DNA from: Gammaproteobacteria bacterium
GTDB taxonomy: Bacteria > Pseudomonadota > Gammaproteobacteria > Natronospirales > JAJUFS01
Direction: 5' to 3'
Length of the DNA stretch: 64,000 bases
Assembly: GCA_036381175.1 (NCBI GenBank)
Contig: DASVDI010000006.1
Span: 47,237 to 111,236 of the forward strand
Both the position numbers and the translations under genes were made by a program. This document shows positions 9,784 through 18,719 of the stretch, piece by piece (within the stretch, counting starts at the first letter, position 1; every line of letters begins with the position of its first letter). Under the pieces are notes generated by a model. That model was given only the letters and a program-made list of their open reading frames with translations, searched no databases and had not been told where the DNA came from.

Positions 9784-9811
9784 GCCCCGCTACCCCGGCG
9801 GGGCTCTTTTT
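9784..9811 (+). terminator. rho-independent terminator (orphan position)
   Basis: GCCCCGC-7nt-GCGGGGC followed by TCTTTTT. It lies 240 nt after the stop at 9543 and 170 nt before the next gene. Confidence 0.6.
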
Positions 9812-9979
9812 ATCTGAAGCGCGAGGGGACCTGGAATGGCGGTCGCACGCAGAGGTTCGAACTGCCGTGTTGAAACTTCAACGCACAACAACCATTTCGA
9901 TTTCGCGGGCAGGGAAAGCGTTTTCTGTTCGGCGACTTTCGGATTTTGACAAAAGCTCCCACGGTACTGGAGGTAGAAA

Positions 9980-10558
9980 ATGATGACTCGACGCCTTGGA
10001 ATTCTGACAACGTTTGCAACACTGGGCGCCACGCTGGCGGTAACGCCGATAGCGGCGAACGCGGATTCGCTGTTCGATGACGACATCGGTCCGTACGCGG
10101 GCGTGGGTATTGGTTATGGCACTTTCGAGAACGAAGACTTTCTGACCGAGGACAACGATCTGCGTGATGACCGGATGACCTGGCAGGCCTACCTCGGCGC
10201 CAATTTCACGAACTGGTTCGGTATCGAGGCCGGTTACGTCGACTTCGGCGAGATCGACGATGAAGGCGGTTTTCTTGACGCCAATGGCGTGACCGCTGCG
10301 GTTGCGTTTCATATTCCCGTGCATGAATCCGTCAGCCTGTCATTGCGTGGCGGCCAGATGTGGTGGGATTCCACCGGCACTGCCGTTGCCCCGCTTGATG
10401 AATTCGAATTCGATGCAGACGGCGAGGATCCGTTCTACGGCGTCGGTGCACATTTCGGCAGCGGTGAAGGCGTTGGCGTGAATATTCGCTATGACCGCTA
10501 TGAAATGGGTGAAATGGATATCGACATGCCGTCGGTGAATCTCGAGTTCGGTTTCTAG
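9980..10558 (+). CDS. small outer-membrane beta-barrel protein (OmpA-like/OmpX-like barrel)
   Basis: Signal peptide ending in AANA, alternating aromatic/Gly beta-strand pattern, and a C-terminal ...NLEFGF with terminal Phe typical of OMPs. Confidence 0.7.
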   Translation: MMTRRLGILTTFATLGATLAVTPIAANADSLFDDDIGPYAGVGIGYGTFENEDFLTEDNDLRDDRMTWQAYLGANFTNWFGIEAGYVDFGEIDDEGGFLDANGVTAAVAFHIPVHESVSLSLRGGQMWWDSTGTAVAPLDEFEFDADGEDPFYGVGAHFGSGEGVGVNIRYDRYEMGEMDIDMPSVNLEFGF

Positions 10559-10584
10559 AACGCATTGCGTTGCGTTACGGAATC

Positions 10585-10611
10585 AGCCCTGCCTTGTGCA
10601 GGGCTTTTTTT
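10585..10611 (+). terminator. rho-independent terminator
   Basis: AGCCCTGC-CTTGT-GCAGGGCT followed by a T7 run. Confidence 0.8.
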
Positions 10612-10805
10612 GCGCGGCGAGTTAACGGAACACGTCACTGGGAATTCCGCTGCGCGGGAATGGCGGTTTCGCTCCTCACGCTTCTGTCGCGACAATAACC
10701 ACACGAAAAACCTCCGATTCCCGCTCCTGGCATTTAATCCGGCACGCCGAGTCCCAATTGAAAAACTCATCGGCTGAAAATACCGAGAGCGAAAGGAGGT
10801 ACATC

Positions 10806-11978
10806 ATGCAAAGACTCACGTCACTCATTCCATTCACGCTGGCAGGACTTCTTGTCGGCAGCAGCGCGCTGGCCCAGGGGGCCATCGATTTTGATCGTTA
10901 TGACACCAATGGCGACGGTTATTTGACGCAAAGCGAATGGAGCGCCGTCAACAACGTGACGGCGACCTTCGATTCCATCGACACGAATCGCGATGGGCGC
11001 CTCAGCGAAGGCGAAGTGGAAGCCGGTGTTTCTGCCGAGAAGCGAAATGCCAGCCAGCAGGACATTTCGCAACAGTCCGGCGGACAACAGGGAAACATGA
11101 GCACTCGGATGTCGGGCCAGACATCCGGCCAGACATCGGGCCAGACCTCCAACCAGGCATCAACCCAGGTGTCCGGCGTCGAGAGCCAGCAACGCAACGT
11201 GAACATGTACGATACGGACAACGATGGACGTGTCAGCCGTGATGAAGCGCAGAAGGACGGCGAGCTGGTGACATATTTCGTGATCTGGGACACGAACCGG
11301 GACGGCTTCATTGACCAGACCGAAATGGCCGAGGCCAACCAGCAGCCGCAAGACAGCCGCCGCAATGTCGAGCAAGGCGGTCAGGCAGGAAACGCGGCGC
11401 AGCAGTCCGGGAATCAGGGTGCGGCCAGTTTCGAGCAGGCCGATGCGAATCGCGACAATCGCGTCAGCCGCAGCGAAGCGAACGATGCGAATGCGGAAAC
11501 CATTGTCATCTATTTCGATACGCTCGACACGAACCGCGATGGTTTCGTGGACCGCAATGAAGCCAGCGCGAACGACGATTACTGGGAGATGAACGAAACC
11601 GATACGAACGCATTCGACAACGCGAACCGGTTCGACACCTACGACATTGATGATGACGGTTTTCTCGATGAGTCAGAGGCGTTTGAAGACAATTACCTCG
11701 AAGACAACTTTGACGTCCTTGACGTGAACGACGACGGTTTGCTTGGCGAGAATGAAATCGACGACGACTGGATGGAATGGAACGAAGACGCCTTCGACAC
11801 CTACGACATCAATGACGACGGCCTGCTCGATGAAGAAGAAGTCGTTGATTACGACTACATCGATTACAGCTTTGACGACTGGGATATGGACGACGACGGC
11901 TATGTCTCTGAAGACGAAGCCGATGTCGGCTGGTTTGACGACAACGACGACGGGGTGTTCGACGAGGACGACTGGTAA
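10806..11978 (+). CDS. secreted multi-EF-hand protein (10-11 loops, extremely acidic)
   Basis: ATG follows a GAAAGGAGG RBS. Signal peptide ...SSALAQG. Loops include DTNGDGYLTQSE, DTNRDGRLSEGE, DTDNDGRVSRDE, DTNRDGFIDQTE, DANRDNRVSRSE, DTNRDGFVDRNE, DIDDDGFLDESE, DVNDDGLLGENE, DINDDGLLDEEE and DMDDDGYVSEDE, plus a partial DDNDDGVFDEDD. Confidence 0.85.
   Translation: MQRLTSLIPFTLAGLLVGSSALAQGAIDFDRYDTNGDGYLTQSEWSAVNNVTATFDSIDTNRDGRLSEGEVEAGVSAEKRNASQQDISQQSGGQQGNMSTRMSGQTSGQTSGQTSNQASTQVSGVESQQRNVNMYDTDNDGRVSRDEAQKDGELVTYFVIWDTNRDGFIDQTEMAEANQQPQDSRRNVEQGGQAGNAAQQSGNQGAASFEQADANRDNRVSRSEANDANAETIVIYFDTLDTNRDGFVDRNEASANDDYWEMNETDTNAFDNANRFDTYDIDDDGFLDESEAFEDNYLEDNFDVLDVNDDGLLGENEIDDDWMEWNEDAFDTYDINDDGLLDEEEVVDYDYIDYSFDDWDMDDDGYVSEDEADVGWFDDNDDGVFDEDDW
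11112..11147 (+). repeat. 12-bp tandem repeat x3 encoding SGQT-SGQT-SGQT
   Basis: tcgggccagaca / tccggccagaca / tcgggccagacc, located inside the Q/S-rich linker of the multi-EF-hand gene. Confidence 0.8.
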
Positions 11979-11998
11979 CCGCGACCGTTGAGGAAACC

Positions 11999-12028
11999 GG
12001 GCAGGCGTTTTCGCCTGCCCGTTGTTTT
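11999..12028 (+). terminator. rho-independent terminator
   Basis: GGGCAGGCG-TTTT-CGCCTGCCC followed by GTTGTTTT. Confidence 0.8.
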
Positions 12029-12072
12029 CGAAATGTCGTTTTGAAGATTCTGTGCTTGCGAGGAGAGTCACC

Positions 12073-12579
12073 ATGATGAAGATTCCAGGACTATTGCTGC
12101 TGGCCGGCCTGCTTTGTGCCGGGAACGCGCTTGCGGAAAATGAAATCGGCGATCCCGTGGATTTCGAAAAGTATGACGCCAACGAAGACGGCTACCTGAC
12201 GGAAACCGAATGGTCGGAGGTGCCGGTTCGCGTCGAGTTCCACGACGTGGATGTGAACCGTGATGGCCAGGTCGAGGAAGCCGAACTGTTGCAGGGCTAC
12301 CCGTGGCATGTGAATGAATTCGTTGACGAGGAGCCCTACAACGATGCCGATCCGGAAGGCTCGTTCGAGTCCTTTGACGCGAACGACGACGGCCTTCTTG
12401 ATGAGAACGAATTCACCGATGCCGGCTGGACGGACGATGACTTTGACATCCGGGATGCTGATGACGACGGTTTCCTGGATGAAAATGAAGTCAGCGACGA
12501 CTGGTTTGAAGAAGATGGCGCTGTCAGTGCTGATGACGAAGGCGCGGTGGAGGATGACGGCGGTTTGCTTGACGAATGA
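12073..12579 (+). CDS. secreted EF-hand protein (4 loops, acidic)
   Basis: Signal peptide MMKIPGLLLLAGLLCAGNALA. Loops DANEDGYLTETE, DVNRDGQVEEAE, DANDDGLLDENE and DADDDGFLDENE. RBS GAGGAG. Confidence 0.85.
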   Translation: MMKIPGLLLLAGLLCAGNALAENEIGDPVDFEKYDANEDGYLTETEWSEVPVRVEFHDVDVNRDGQVEEAELLQGYPWHVNEFVDEEPYNDADPEGSFESFDANDDGLLDENEFTDAGWTDDDFDIRDADDDGFLDENEVSDDWFEEDGAVSADDEGAVEDDGGLLDE

Positions 12580-12680
12580 GTCGGGCGGCGAAGATTGTGT
12601 GAGACCATCGTTGCGTCACTTGAGGTTTTGTGCGGCAATGCAGTCAATGGAATGAACAAAACACTTCGCAAGGATGCGTC

Positions 12681-13376
12681 ATGCCGAAACTTCTCGATAG
12701 CCTTTCCTTCCGATTCCTGCCGGGTTGCTGCCTGCTCTGCCAGAAACGCAGTGGCCGGCATCATGATCTTTGTTCCGATTGCGAACACGATTTGCCGTGG
12801 CTCGGAGTTGCGTGCACGCAATGCGCGCTGCCGGTGCCGGCGACACACCGGGGCGCTTGCGGCGATTGCCTTAAGTTGCCGCCGGTGCAGGACGCAAGCC
12901 GTGCCGTCTTTCGTTATGGCTGGCCGCTCGATTCCCTGATCCAGCGCTTCAAGTTCAATGGCGATCATGCCGCCGGACGCACGCTCGGTGAATTGTTCGC
13001 GCAAGGCGTCCGCGCAAGGACTCCGCTACCCGACTGCCTTTTGCCGGTACCGCTGCATTCGCGGCGCTTGCGTGAACGCGGTTTCAATCAATCGGAATTG
13101 CTTGCGGATTCTGTTGCGACGAAACTGGCAATGGACGTGCGAAACGATCTTGTCGAGCGCATTCGCGAGACAGCGGTGCAATCAGGCATGAATGCGGTGG
13201 CACGGCGGCGGAACGTGCGAAATGCTTTTGCGCTTTGCGCTGAACGCCTGCCGGCTCACATCGCGATTCTTGATGATGTGGTGACAACCGGCAGCACGAG
13301 TGCTGAAATCGCCAGGCTGCTGCGCCGCGCTGGCGTGAAACGGATTGAGGTGTGGGCGCTGGCGCGCGCGGTGTAG
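12681..13376 (+). CDS. comF: ComF-family protein (phosphoribosyltransferase domain with N-terminal Cys4 zinc finger)
   Basis: CxxC...CxxC pairs (CLLCQ, CSDCEHD, CTQC, CGDC) and a C-terminal PRTase motif ILDDVVTTGST. Confidence 0.8.
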   Translation: MPKLLDSLSFRFLPGCCLLCQKRSGRHHDLCSDCEHDLPWLGVACTQCALPVPATHRGACGDCLKLPPVQDASRAVFRYGWPLDSLIQRFKFNGDHAAGRTLGELFAQGVRARTPLPDCLLPVPLHSRRLRERGFNQSELLADSVATKLAMDVRNDLVERIRETAVQSGMNAVARRRNVRNAFALCAERLPAHIAILDDVVTTGSTSAEIARLLRRAGVKRIEVWALARAV

Positions 13377-13425
13377 AAGCGCCGCGAAGGGTTGTTCACG
13401 CCTGAAGGCGCTCCTGCAAGACCTC

Positions 13426-15072
13426 TCACCAGTTCATCGGAGGCTTGTGAACCTCGAGATCCGCTGCACGCTGAATCCCCCGCGCTACAGCAATCAACTC
13501 GCCTTCGTGGAAAGGCTTTCCGATCAGGCAGATTCCCGTCGGCATGCCTTCGGCATCAAAACCATTGGGCAACGCCACCGACGGATGGCCGGAGAGATTT
13601 GTCGCGAGCAGCTGGTTGCCCGCAAAACACGGCGCCAATACGACATCGACATTCGCATCCGCGAACATTGCCTCGATGCCATCAATCAATCGCGTTCGCA
13701 AACGGTTCGCTTGCAGGTATTCAACGGCGGGAATGAACCGCGCGGCGCGAAACACATTCGGCCAGGCGTTGCTCACCTGCCGCACGAGCAGGTCATCGCG
13801 GCCCGAACGCGTGAGTTCATCAAACGCCGCTGCGGCTTCCGCCGAAAGAATGAAGCTCATGGATTCGACCGGCAACCCGGGCAAGGCGACCGATTGAAGT
13901 TCGACGCCCTGCGCCTGCAATGCTTCGATGACTTTCGCGTCATTTTCGGCATTCGCGTATTCGCTATCGAAATCCGCCGCGAGCCAGGCGATGCGAAGAT
14001 CGGCCAGCTTCGTTTCCGGCGTGTACGCAAAACCGGAGGCGATCACGCTCGCGTCTTCGCCGTCCGGCCCGCGAATGGCATCCAGCACTTTGCCGCAATC
14101 CTCGGCAAAGCGGCAGATGGCGCCGACCTTGTCCATCGACCAGCTCAATGCCATCACGCCATGACGGCTGACGCGCCCGAACGTGGGCCGCAAGCCGATG
14201 ACGCCGTTCTGCACGGACGGCGAAACGATCGACCCCCAGGTTTCCGTGCCGATCGCAATCGGGAAGAATCCCGCCGCAACGCCGGCTGCAGAACCTGCCG
14301 ATGAACCCGACGCGCCTTCTTCGATATTCCACGGCGAGTTGGTGCGTCCGTCGAACCACACGTCGCCCCAGGCGAGCGCGCCAACCGCGGTTTTCGCGAT
14401 CAGCACCGCGCCCGCTTCCTCCATGCGCTTCGCGACCGTCGCAATCTCGTCGATCACCTGCTCTTTATAAGGAGTAGCGCCCCAGGTCGTGGGATAGCCG
14501 GGCACGGCGGCGAGATCCTTCAGGCCGTAAGGAATGCCGTGCAGCGGACCGCGATCGATGCCTTGTGCGAGTTCCGCGTCCGCGCGGCGCGCCTGCTTGA
14601 GCGCAAGCGTATCCGTGAGCGTGATGACGGCGTTGATGTCGTCATCGTGTTCGCGGATTCGATCAAGATAAATGGTCGTCAGTTCTTCGGAAGTGAGACT
14701 GCCGTTTCGAAGCAGCGCGCCAAGCTCCGCGACGGACAGGAATGCGATGTCATCGCCATTTGCGGGTCGCTCGACGGTGTCGGCTTCCGACCATTCTGGA
14801 TTCGCGGGTGGCAAGGTTTCAAAACCCGGATCGAATTTCAACGCAGGTGCGAGATCGTTCGGCAGATCAAGTTCATGCAGAACGTCATACGCCTCGCGCT
14901 GCGCGCGGATGTCATCAAGCATCAGCTCGCGCTCTTCCACCGTCATGGCAACACCGGCAAGGTGTTCGGCAGCGGCGATATCGTCGGCGTTGGGATGCGG
15001 ACTTTCGCTGCACGCTGCGAGTGCCAGGCTGGACAGGATGAGACTGATTCGGGCCGCTTCAGGAATGTTCAT
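13426..15072 (-). CDS. amidase-signature family amidase, lipoprotein/secreted
   Basis: Gly/Ser-rich amidase signature (GASGSSAGSAAGVAAG). N-terminal signal with ALAAC lipobox when started at MNIPEAAR. The longer ORF start at 15135 would overlap ubiA. Confidence 0.75.
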   Translation of the reverse strand: MNIPEAARISLILSSLALAACSESPHPNADDIAAAEHLAGVAMTVEERELMLDDIRAQREAYDVLHELDLPNDLAPALKFDPGFETLPPANPEWSEADTVERPANGDDIAFLSVAELGALLRNGSLTSEELTTIYLDRIREHDDDINAVITLTDTLALKQARRADAELAQGIDRGPLHGIPYGLKDLAAVPGYPTTWGATPYKEQVIDEIATVAKRMEEAGAVLIAKTAVGALAWGDVWFDGRTNSPWNIEEGASGSSAGSAAGVAAGFFPIAIGTETWGSIVSPSVQNGVIGLRPTFGRVSRHGVMALSWSMDKVGAICRFAEDCGKVLDAIRGPDGEDASVIASGFAYTPETKLADLRIAWLAADFDSEYANAENDAKVIEALQAQGVELQSVALPGLPVESMSFILSAEAAAAFDELTRSGRDDLLVRQVSNAWPNVFRAARFIPAVEYLQANRLRTRLIDGIEAMFADANVDVVLAPCFAGNQLLATNLSGHPSVALPNGFDAEGMPTGICLIGKPFHEGELIAVARGIQRAADLEVHKPPMNW

Positions 15073-15094
15073 GAATGTTCTCGACTTTCGATGT

Positions 15095-15973
15095 TCAGGC
15101 CAAGGTGTAGCCAAGCGCGAGACCCGCGAAGACAAACAGTCCCGACCAGTTGTTGTTGAGGAAGGCGCGAAAGCAGTCTTCCCGTTTTCTTTTGCGGATC
15201 AGCCACTGCTGCCAGGCGAAGGTGATGGCGCAGAAAACGAGGCCGTAATAATAAGAAACACCGAGTTCCACCTGGCGGCCGACGAGGAAGAGATTGAACA
15301 GGATGGTGAGTTGCAGGAGCGCGATGATGAGCCGGTCCTGTTCGCCGAAAAGAATGGCAGTCGACTTCACGCCGATCTTCAGGTCGTCATCGCGATCGAC
15401 CATCGCGTATTGCGTGTCGTACGCCGTGGACCACAGCACGTTGGCAATGAACACCAGCCACGCGACCGGCGGCACTTCGCCGAGCTGCGCGGCGAATGCC
15501 ATCGGGATCGCCCAGCCGAACGCGGCACCGAGCACCGGCTGCGGCAAATGCGTCCAGCGCTTGGTGAAAGGATAGAGCGCGGCGAGTCCCGCACCGATGA
15601 ACGAGAGATAAATGGTAAGGCGGTTCATCGTGAGCACCAGCGCGAAAGCGATGGCGAGCAGCACGAAGAAAAGAATCAATGCCTCGCGCGCGCTGACCTT
15701 GCCGGTGGCAAGCGGGCGTTCCGCCGTGCGCTTCACGTGCGCGTCAATCTTCCGGTCGGCAAAATCGTTGATGACACAACCGGCTGCGCGCATCACGAAA
15801 ACACCCAGCGTGAACACGACAAAGACTTTCGCATCCGGATGACCATTTCCGGCGATCCACAACGCCCACCATGTCGGCCAGAGCAGGAGAAATGTGCCGA
15901 TGGGACGATGGAGCCGCGCGAGGTAGGCGTATTGCGTGAGTCGGTCCAGCACATGCGGCAGCAGGCGCTGCAT
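15095..15973 (-). CDS. ubiA: 4-hydroxybenzoate polyprenyltransferase
   Basis: UbiA prenyltransferase motifs ([28 protein letters not shown]). Multi-TM. The N-terminus from MQRLL aligns with the typical ~290-aa UbiA. An alternative upstream start at 16051 is possible. Confidence 0.85.
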   Translation of the reverse strand: MQRLLPHVLDRLTQYAYLARLHRPIGTFLLLWPTWWALWIAGNGHPDAKVFVVFTLGVFVMRAAGCVINDFADRKIDAHVKRTAERPLATGKVSAREALILFFVLLAIAFALVLTMNRLTIYLSFIGAGLAALYPFTKRWTHLPQPVLGAAFGWAIPMAFAAQLGEVPPVAWLVFIANVLWSTAYDTQYAMVDRDDDLKIGVKSTAILFGEQDRLIIALLQLTILFNLFLVGRQVELGVSYYYGLVFCAITFAWQQWLIRKRKREDCFRAFLNNNWSGLFVFAGLALGYTLA

Positions 15974-16020
15974 GAACGCGCTGTCGCGCGCCGCGCGCCG
16001 CCACCGCTTGAGGCGTGGTT

Positions 16021-16536
16021 TCAGATCAGGCCAGGCAGAAAACACTCGCATATCTCGAACGGTTTCCCTTTCAGTTCAACGCGGGCTTTGCGCGCCCAGA
16101 GTTCGGGGTGCAGGGTGATCACGTTTTCGTTCACGTAATCATACAGTGCATCACCGCGAACCATCCGCGCAATGAAAAACCGGCCGCGCATGTAGCCGGG
16201 TTCGCCGAACAAGCGCGCGCCCAGCGGCGTGCCGCCAAGTTCGCCGAGCCAGGGATTCGCGGCGAGCGTCGCGGCGGGAATGCGCGTGCGTGCGAACACC
16301 AGTGGTTTGTCGGCGCAGCCAAGCGTGATTTCGCGGCAGAAGGTTTCCGCGGATTCGTCGTTGTCAAAAATGGCCGCGTTCTGCTCGCGACGCTGATCGA
16401 TTACGCGCAGCTGGAAAGTTTCCGGGCAACGCGAACGCACGCGCGCCGTGAGCGAACCCGGTTCAGCGAGCCAGTCTTCGACGCGGCCGGGAAGGCCATC
16501 GCAGGAATCGAGTGGTTTCCAGATCGTATTGGTCAT
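16021..16536 (-). CDS. ubiC: chorismate pyruvate-lyase
   Basis: Lies immediately upstream of ubiA with typical size and sequence (LTARVRS...REI.L). The first 14 codons of the tracked ORF are a translated REP element, so the start is set at MTNTIW. Confidence 0.75.
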   Translation of the reverse strand: MTNTIWKPLDSCDGLPGRVEDWLAEPGSLTARVRSRCPETFQLRVIDQRREQNAAIFDNDESAETFCREITLGCADKPLVFARTRIPAATLAANPWLGELGGTPLGARLFGEPGYMRGRFFIARMVRGDALYDYVNENVITLHPELWARKARVELKGKPFEICECFLPGLI

Positions 16537-16546
16537 TTTGTATCCG

Positions 16547-16623
16547 CAGGTTGGGGTGAGCAGCGCGAACCCCAACATTCTTGTCCATGTTGGGGTTCGG
16601 CTGTCGCCTCACCCCAACCTACG
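16547..16623. repeat. REP pair, family A (GTAGGTTGGGGTGAGC...GCGAACCCCAAC), inverted doublet
   Basis: GCAGGTTGGGGTGAGCAGCGCGAACCCCAAC ... GTTGGGGTTCGGCTGTCGCCTCACCCCAACCTAC. Same family as 57035, 58100 and 60986. Confidence 0.8.
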
Positions 16624-16628
16624 TGACT

Positions 16629-18710
16629 TCATGCATTTGCGTACCGCGAAGAGTCCCCGAGCCACCGTTCGATCAGCGGTTGAACATTCGCCGGAAAATC
16701 ATTCATCACGCGCGCAGCGATCTTCTGCACGTGCGGCAACAGATCCGCATCACGAACAAGATCGGCGATGTGCAATTGCGCAAGGCCGGTCTGCTTCGTA
16801 CCCAGCACTTCGCCCGGGCCGCGAATTTCCAGGTCTTTCTGCGCGATCACAAAACCGTCGTTCGTCTCGCGCATCACGGCGAGGCGTTGCTTCGCGAGTT
16901 GCGAGAGCGGCGCCTTGTACATCAGCACGCAGCTTGATGCGATGCTGCCGCGCCCGACGCGCCCGCGCAACTGGTGCAGTTGCGCAAGCCCCATGCGCTC
17001 GGCGTTTTCGATCACCATCAGACTTGCGTTCGGCACGTCGACGCCGACTTCGATCACCGTCGTCGCCACCAGCAGATCAAGCCTTCCCTGCTTGAAGGCC
17101 TGCATCACGTTTTCCTTTTCCACCGGCTTCATGCGCCCATGCACGAGGCCGATGCGCCGTTGCGGCAAGGCATCCGCAAGCGCAGCGAAGGTATTCTCCG
17201 CCGCCTCGTATTGCATGACCTCGGATTCCTCGATCAGCGGACACACCCAGTAAACCTGCCGCCCTTCGTCGATCGCGCTGTTGACGCGCATGACGACATC
17301 CGCGCGACGCGAATCCGGCAGCACGACCGTCTGCACGGGTGTTCTTCCCGGCGGCAATTCATCGATCACGGAGGTGTCGAGATCGGCGTATGCCGTCATC
17401 GCGAGCGTGCGTGGAATGGGTGTAGCCGTCATGATGAGCTGGTGCGGCGCGTGTCCGTCGCTCGCGCCCTTGTCGCGCAGGGCAAGACGCTGGTGCACGC
17501 CGAAGCGGTGCTGTTCGTCGATCACGATGAGCCCGAGGCGATGGAATTTCACGGACTCCTGGAACAGCGCGTGCGTGCCGACGATTACCGTCGCGTTGCC
17601 GCTTTCGATTTCCTCGAGCTGCTCGCGCTTCTGTTTCGCGGTGAGCTTGCCGGCGAGCCACGCAACGCGTAATCCGATCGGTTCCAGCCATTCGAGAAAA
17701 TTTCGGAAATGCTGCTCGGCCAGCAGTTCCGTCGGCGCCATCACGGCGGCCTGGTAACCGGACTCGACAGCACGGATAGCGGCGAGTGCCGCGACGACAG
17801 TTTTCCCCGAGCCGACATCGCCCTGCACGAGACGCATCATCGGCTGCGGCTTTTCAAGATCCGCGAACACTTCATCGAGCACGCGCTGTTGCGCGCCGGT
17901 CAATGAAAACGGCAGTTGCGCCAGGAATTCCTTTACGCGTTCACCGTCGCCGCGCATGACCGGCGCGCCGAACTGTTTTGTTTCCTCGCGCAGCTTTTGC
18001 AGGCTCAAGTGATGCGCCAGCAATTCTTCCAGCACAAGTCGGCGTTGCGCGGGATGACGGCCTTCGGCGAGCTGCGCGAGATCGGCATCCAGCGGCGGAC
18101 GGTGCACGTATTTCAAGGCATCGGTGAGCGACGGGAACTGCGCGCCGGGAATCGCCTCTGATGGCAGAAGCTCGACGACCTCAAGCCTTCCCTGCTTCAA
18201 CTGGTTCAACGCTTGCGTGGTGAGTCCGCGCAGGCGGCCCTGTTGCACGCCTTCCGTGGCGGGATATACGGGCGTGAGGTTTTCCGCTTGCGGAAGTTCA
18301 CCGTCTTCGCGAACAACGCGATATTCCGGATGCACCATTTCCAATCCCGACTTGCCGCGTCGCGCTTCGCCGAAACAACGCATTTTCACGCCGCGCTGGA
18401 AACTTTCCTGCTGCTGCTTGTTGAAATGGAAGAATCGCAACGTGAGCGAACCCGTGCCGTCGGAGATACGCACCAGCAGCGAACGCCGTCCGCGAAAAAC
18501 AACTTCCGCAAGATCGACTTCGCCTTCAATGCTGGTCGCGGTGCCGGGATACAAGGAACCGATGGGAACGACGCGCGAACGGTCTTCATAGCGTAGCGGC
18601 AGATGAAACAACACATCCTGCGCGGTTTTCAGGCCGAGCTTGTCCAGCCGCGCGGCCACCTGGCCGCCGACGCCGGTAAAATTCGTGACGGGAAATTTTT
18701 CGGCGCGCAC
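16629..18710 (-). CDS. recG: ATP-dependent DNA helicase RecG
   Basis: 693 aa. Wedge domain plus SF2 helicase motifs (GDVGSGKT, DEQHRFG) and a TRG-type C-terminus. Conserved spoT-ridA-recG neighbourhood. Confidence 0.95.
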   Translation of the reverse strand: MRAEKFPVTNFTGVGGQVAARLDKLGLKTAQDVLFHLPLRYEDRSRVVPIGSLYPGTATSIEGEVDLAEVVFRGRRSLLVRISDGTGSLTLRFFHFNKQQQESFQRGVKMRCFGEARRGKSGLEMVHPEYRVVREDGELPQAENLTPVYPATEGVQQGRLRGLTTQALNQLKQGRLEVVELLPSEAIPGAQFPSLTDALKYVHRPPLDADLAQLAEGRHPAQRRLVLEELLAHHLSLQKLREETKQFGAPVMRGDGERVKEFLAQLPFSLTGAQQRVLDEVFADLEKPQPMMRLVQGDVGSGKTVVAALAAIRAVESGYQAAVMAPTELLAEQHFRNFLEWLEPIGLRVAWLAGKLTAKQKREQLEEIESGNATVIVGTHALFQESVKFHRLGLIVIDEQHRFGVHQRLALRDKGASDGHAPHQLIMTATPIPRTLAMTAYADLDTSVIDELPPGRTPVQTVVLPDSRRADVVMRVNSAIDEGRQVYWVCPLIEESEVMQYEAAENTFAALADALPQRRIGLVHGRMKPVEKENVMQAFKQGRLDLLVATTVIEVGVDVPNASLMVIENAERMGLAQLHQLRGRVGRGSIASSCVLMYKAPLSQLAKQRLAVMRETNDGFVIAQKDLEIRGPGEVLGTKQTGLAQLHIADLVRDADLLPHVQKIAARVMNDFPANVQPLIERWLGDSSRYANA

Positions 18711-18719
18711 GGTTGCGCG

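Noticed and set aside
9753-9983. 76-aa ORF in the gap before the OMP gene, and the 118-aa ORF at 27072..27428 in the rpmE upstream region
   Set aside because: Neither has an RBS. Their composition is atypical, and each spans a terminator hairpin or A/T-rich regulatory DNA. They are likely non-coding.
10728-10744. Second sigma-54 promoter (TGGCATTTAATCCGGCA) in front of the large EF-hand gene
   Set aside because: The GG and GC dinucleotides are separated by 11 rather than 10 nt, and the -12 region lacks TTGC. It does not meet the strict spacing requirement.
11100-11160. Short tandem repeat considered as a possible CRISPR or minisatellite locus
   Set aside because: It is only three 12-bp units, in frame, inside a coding low-complexity linker with no spacers. 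It is not a CRISPR array. No CRISPR-like repeat-spacer structure was seen anywhere in the window.
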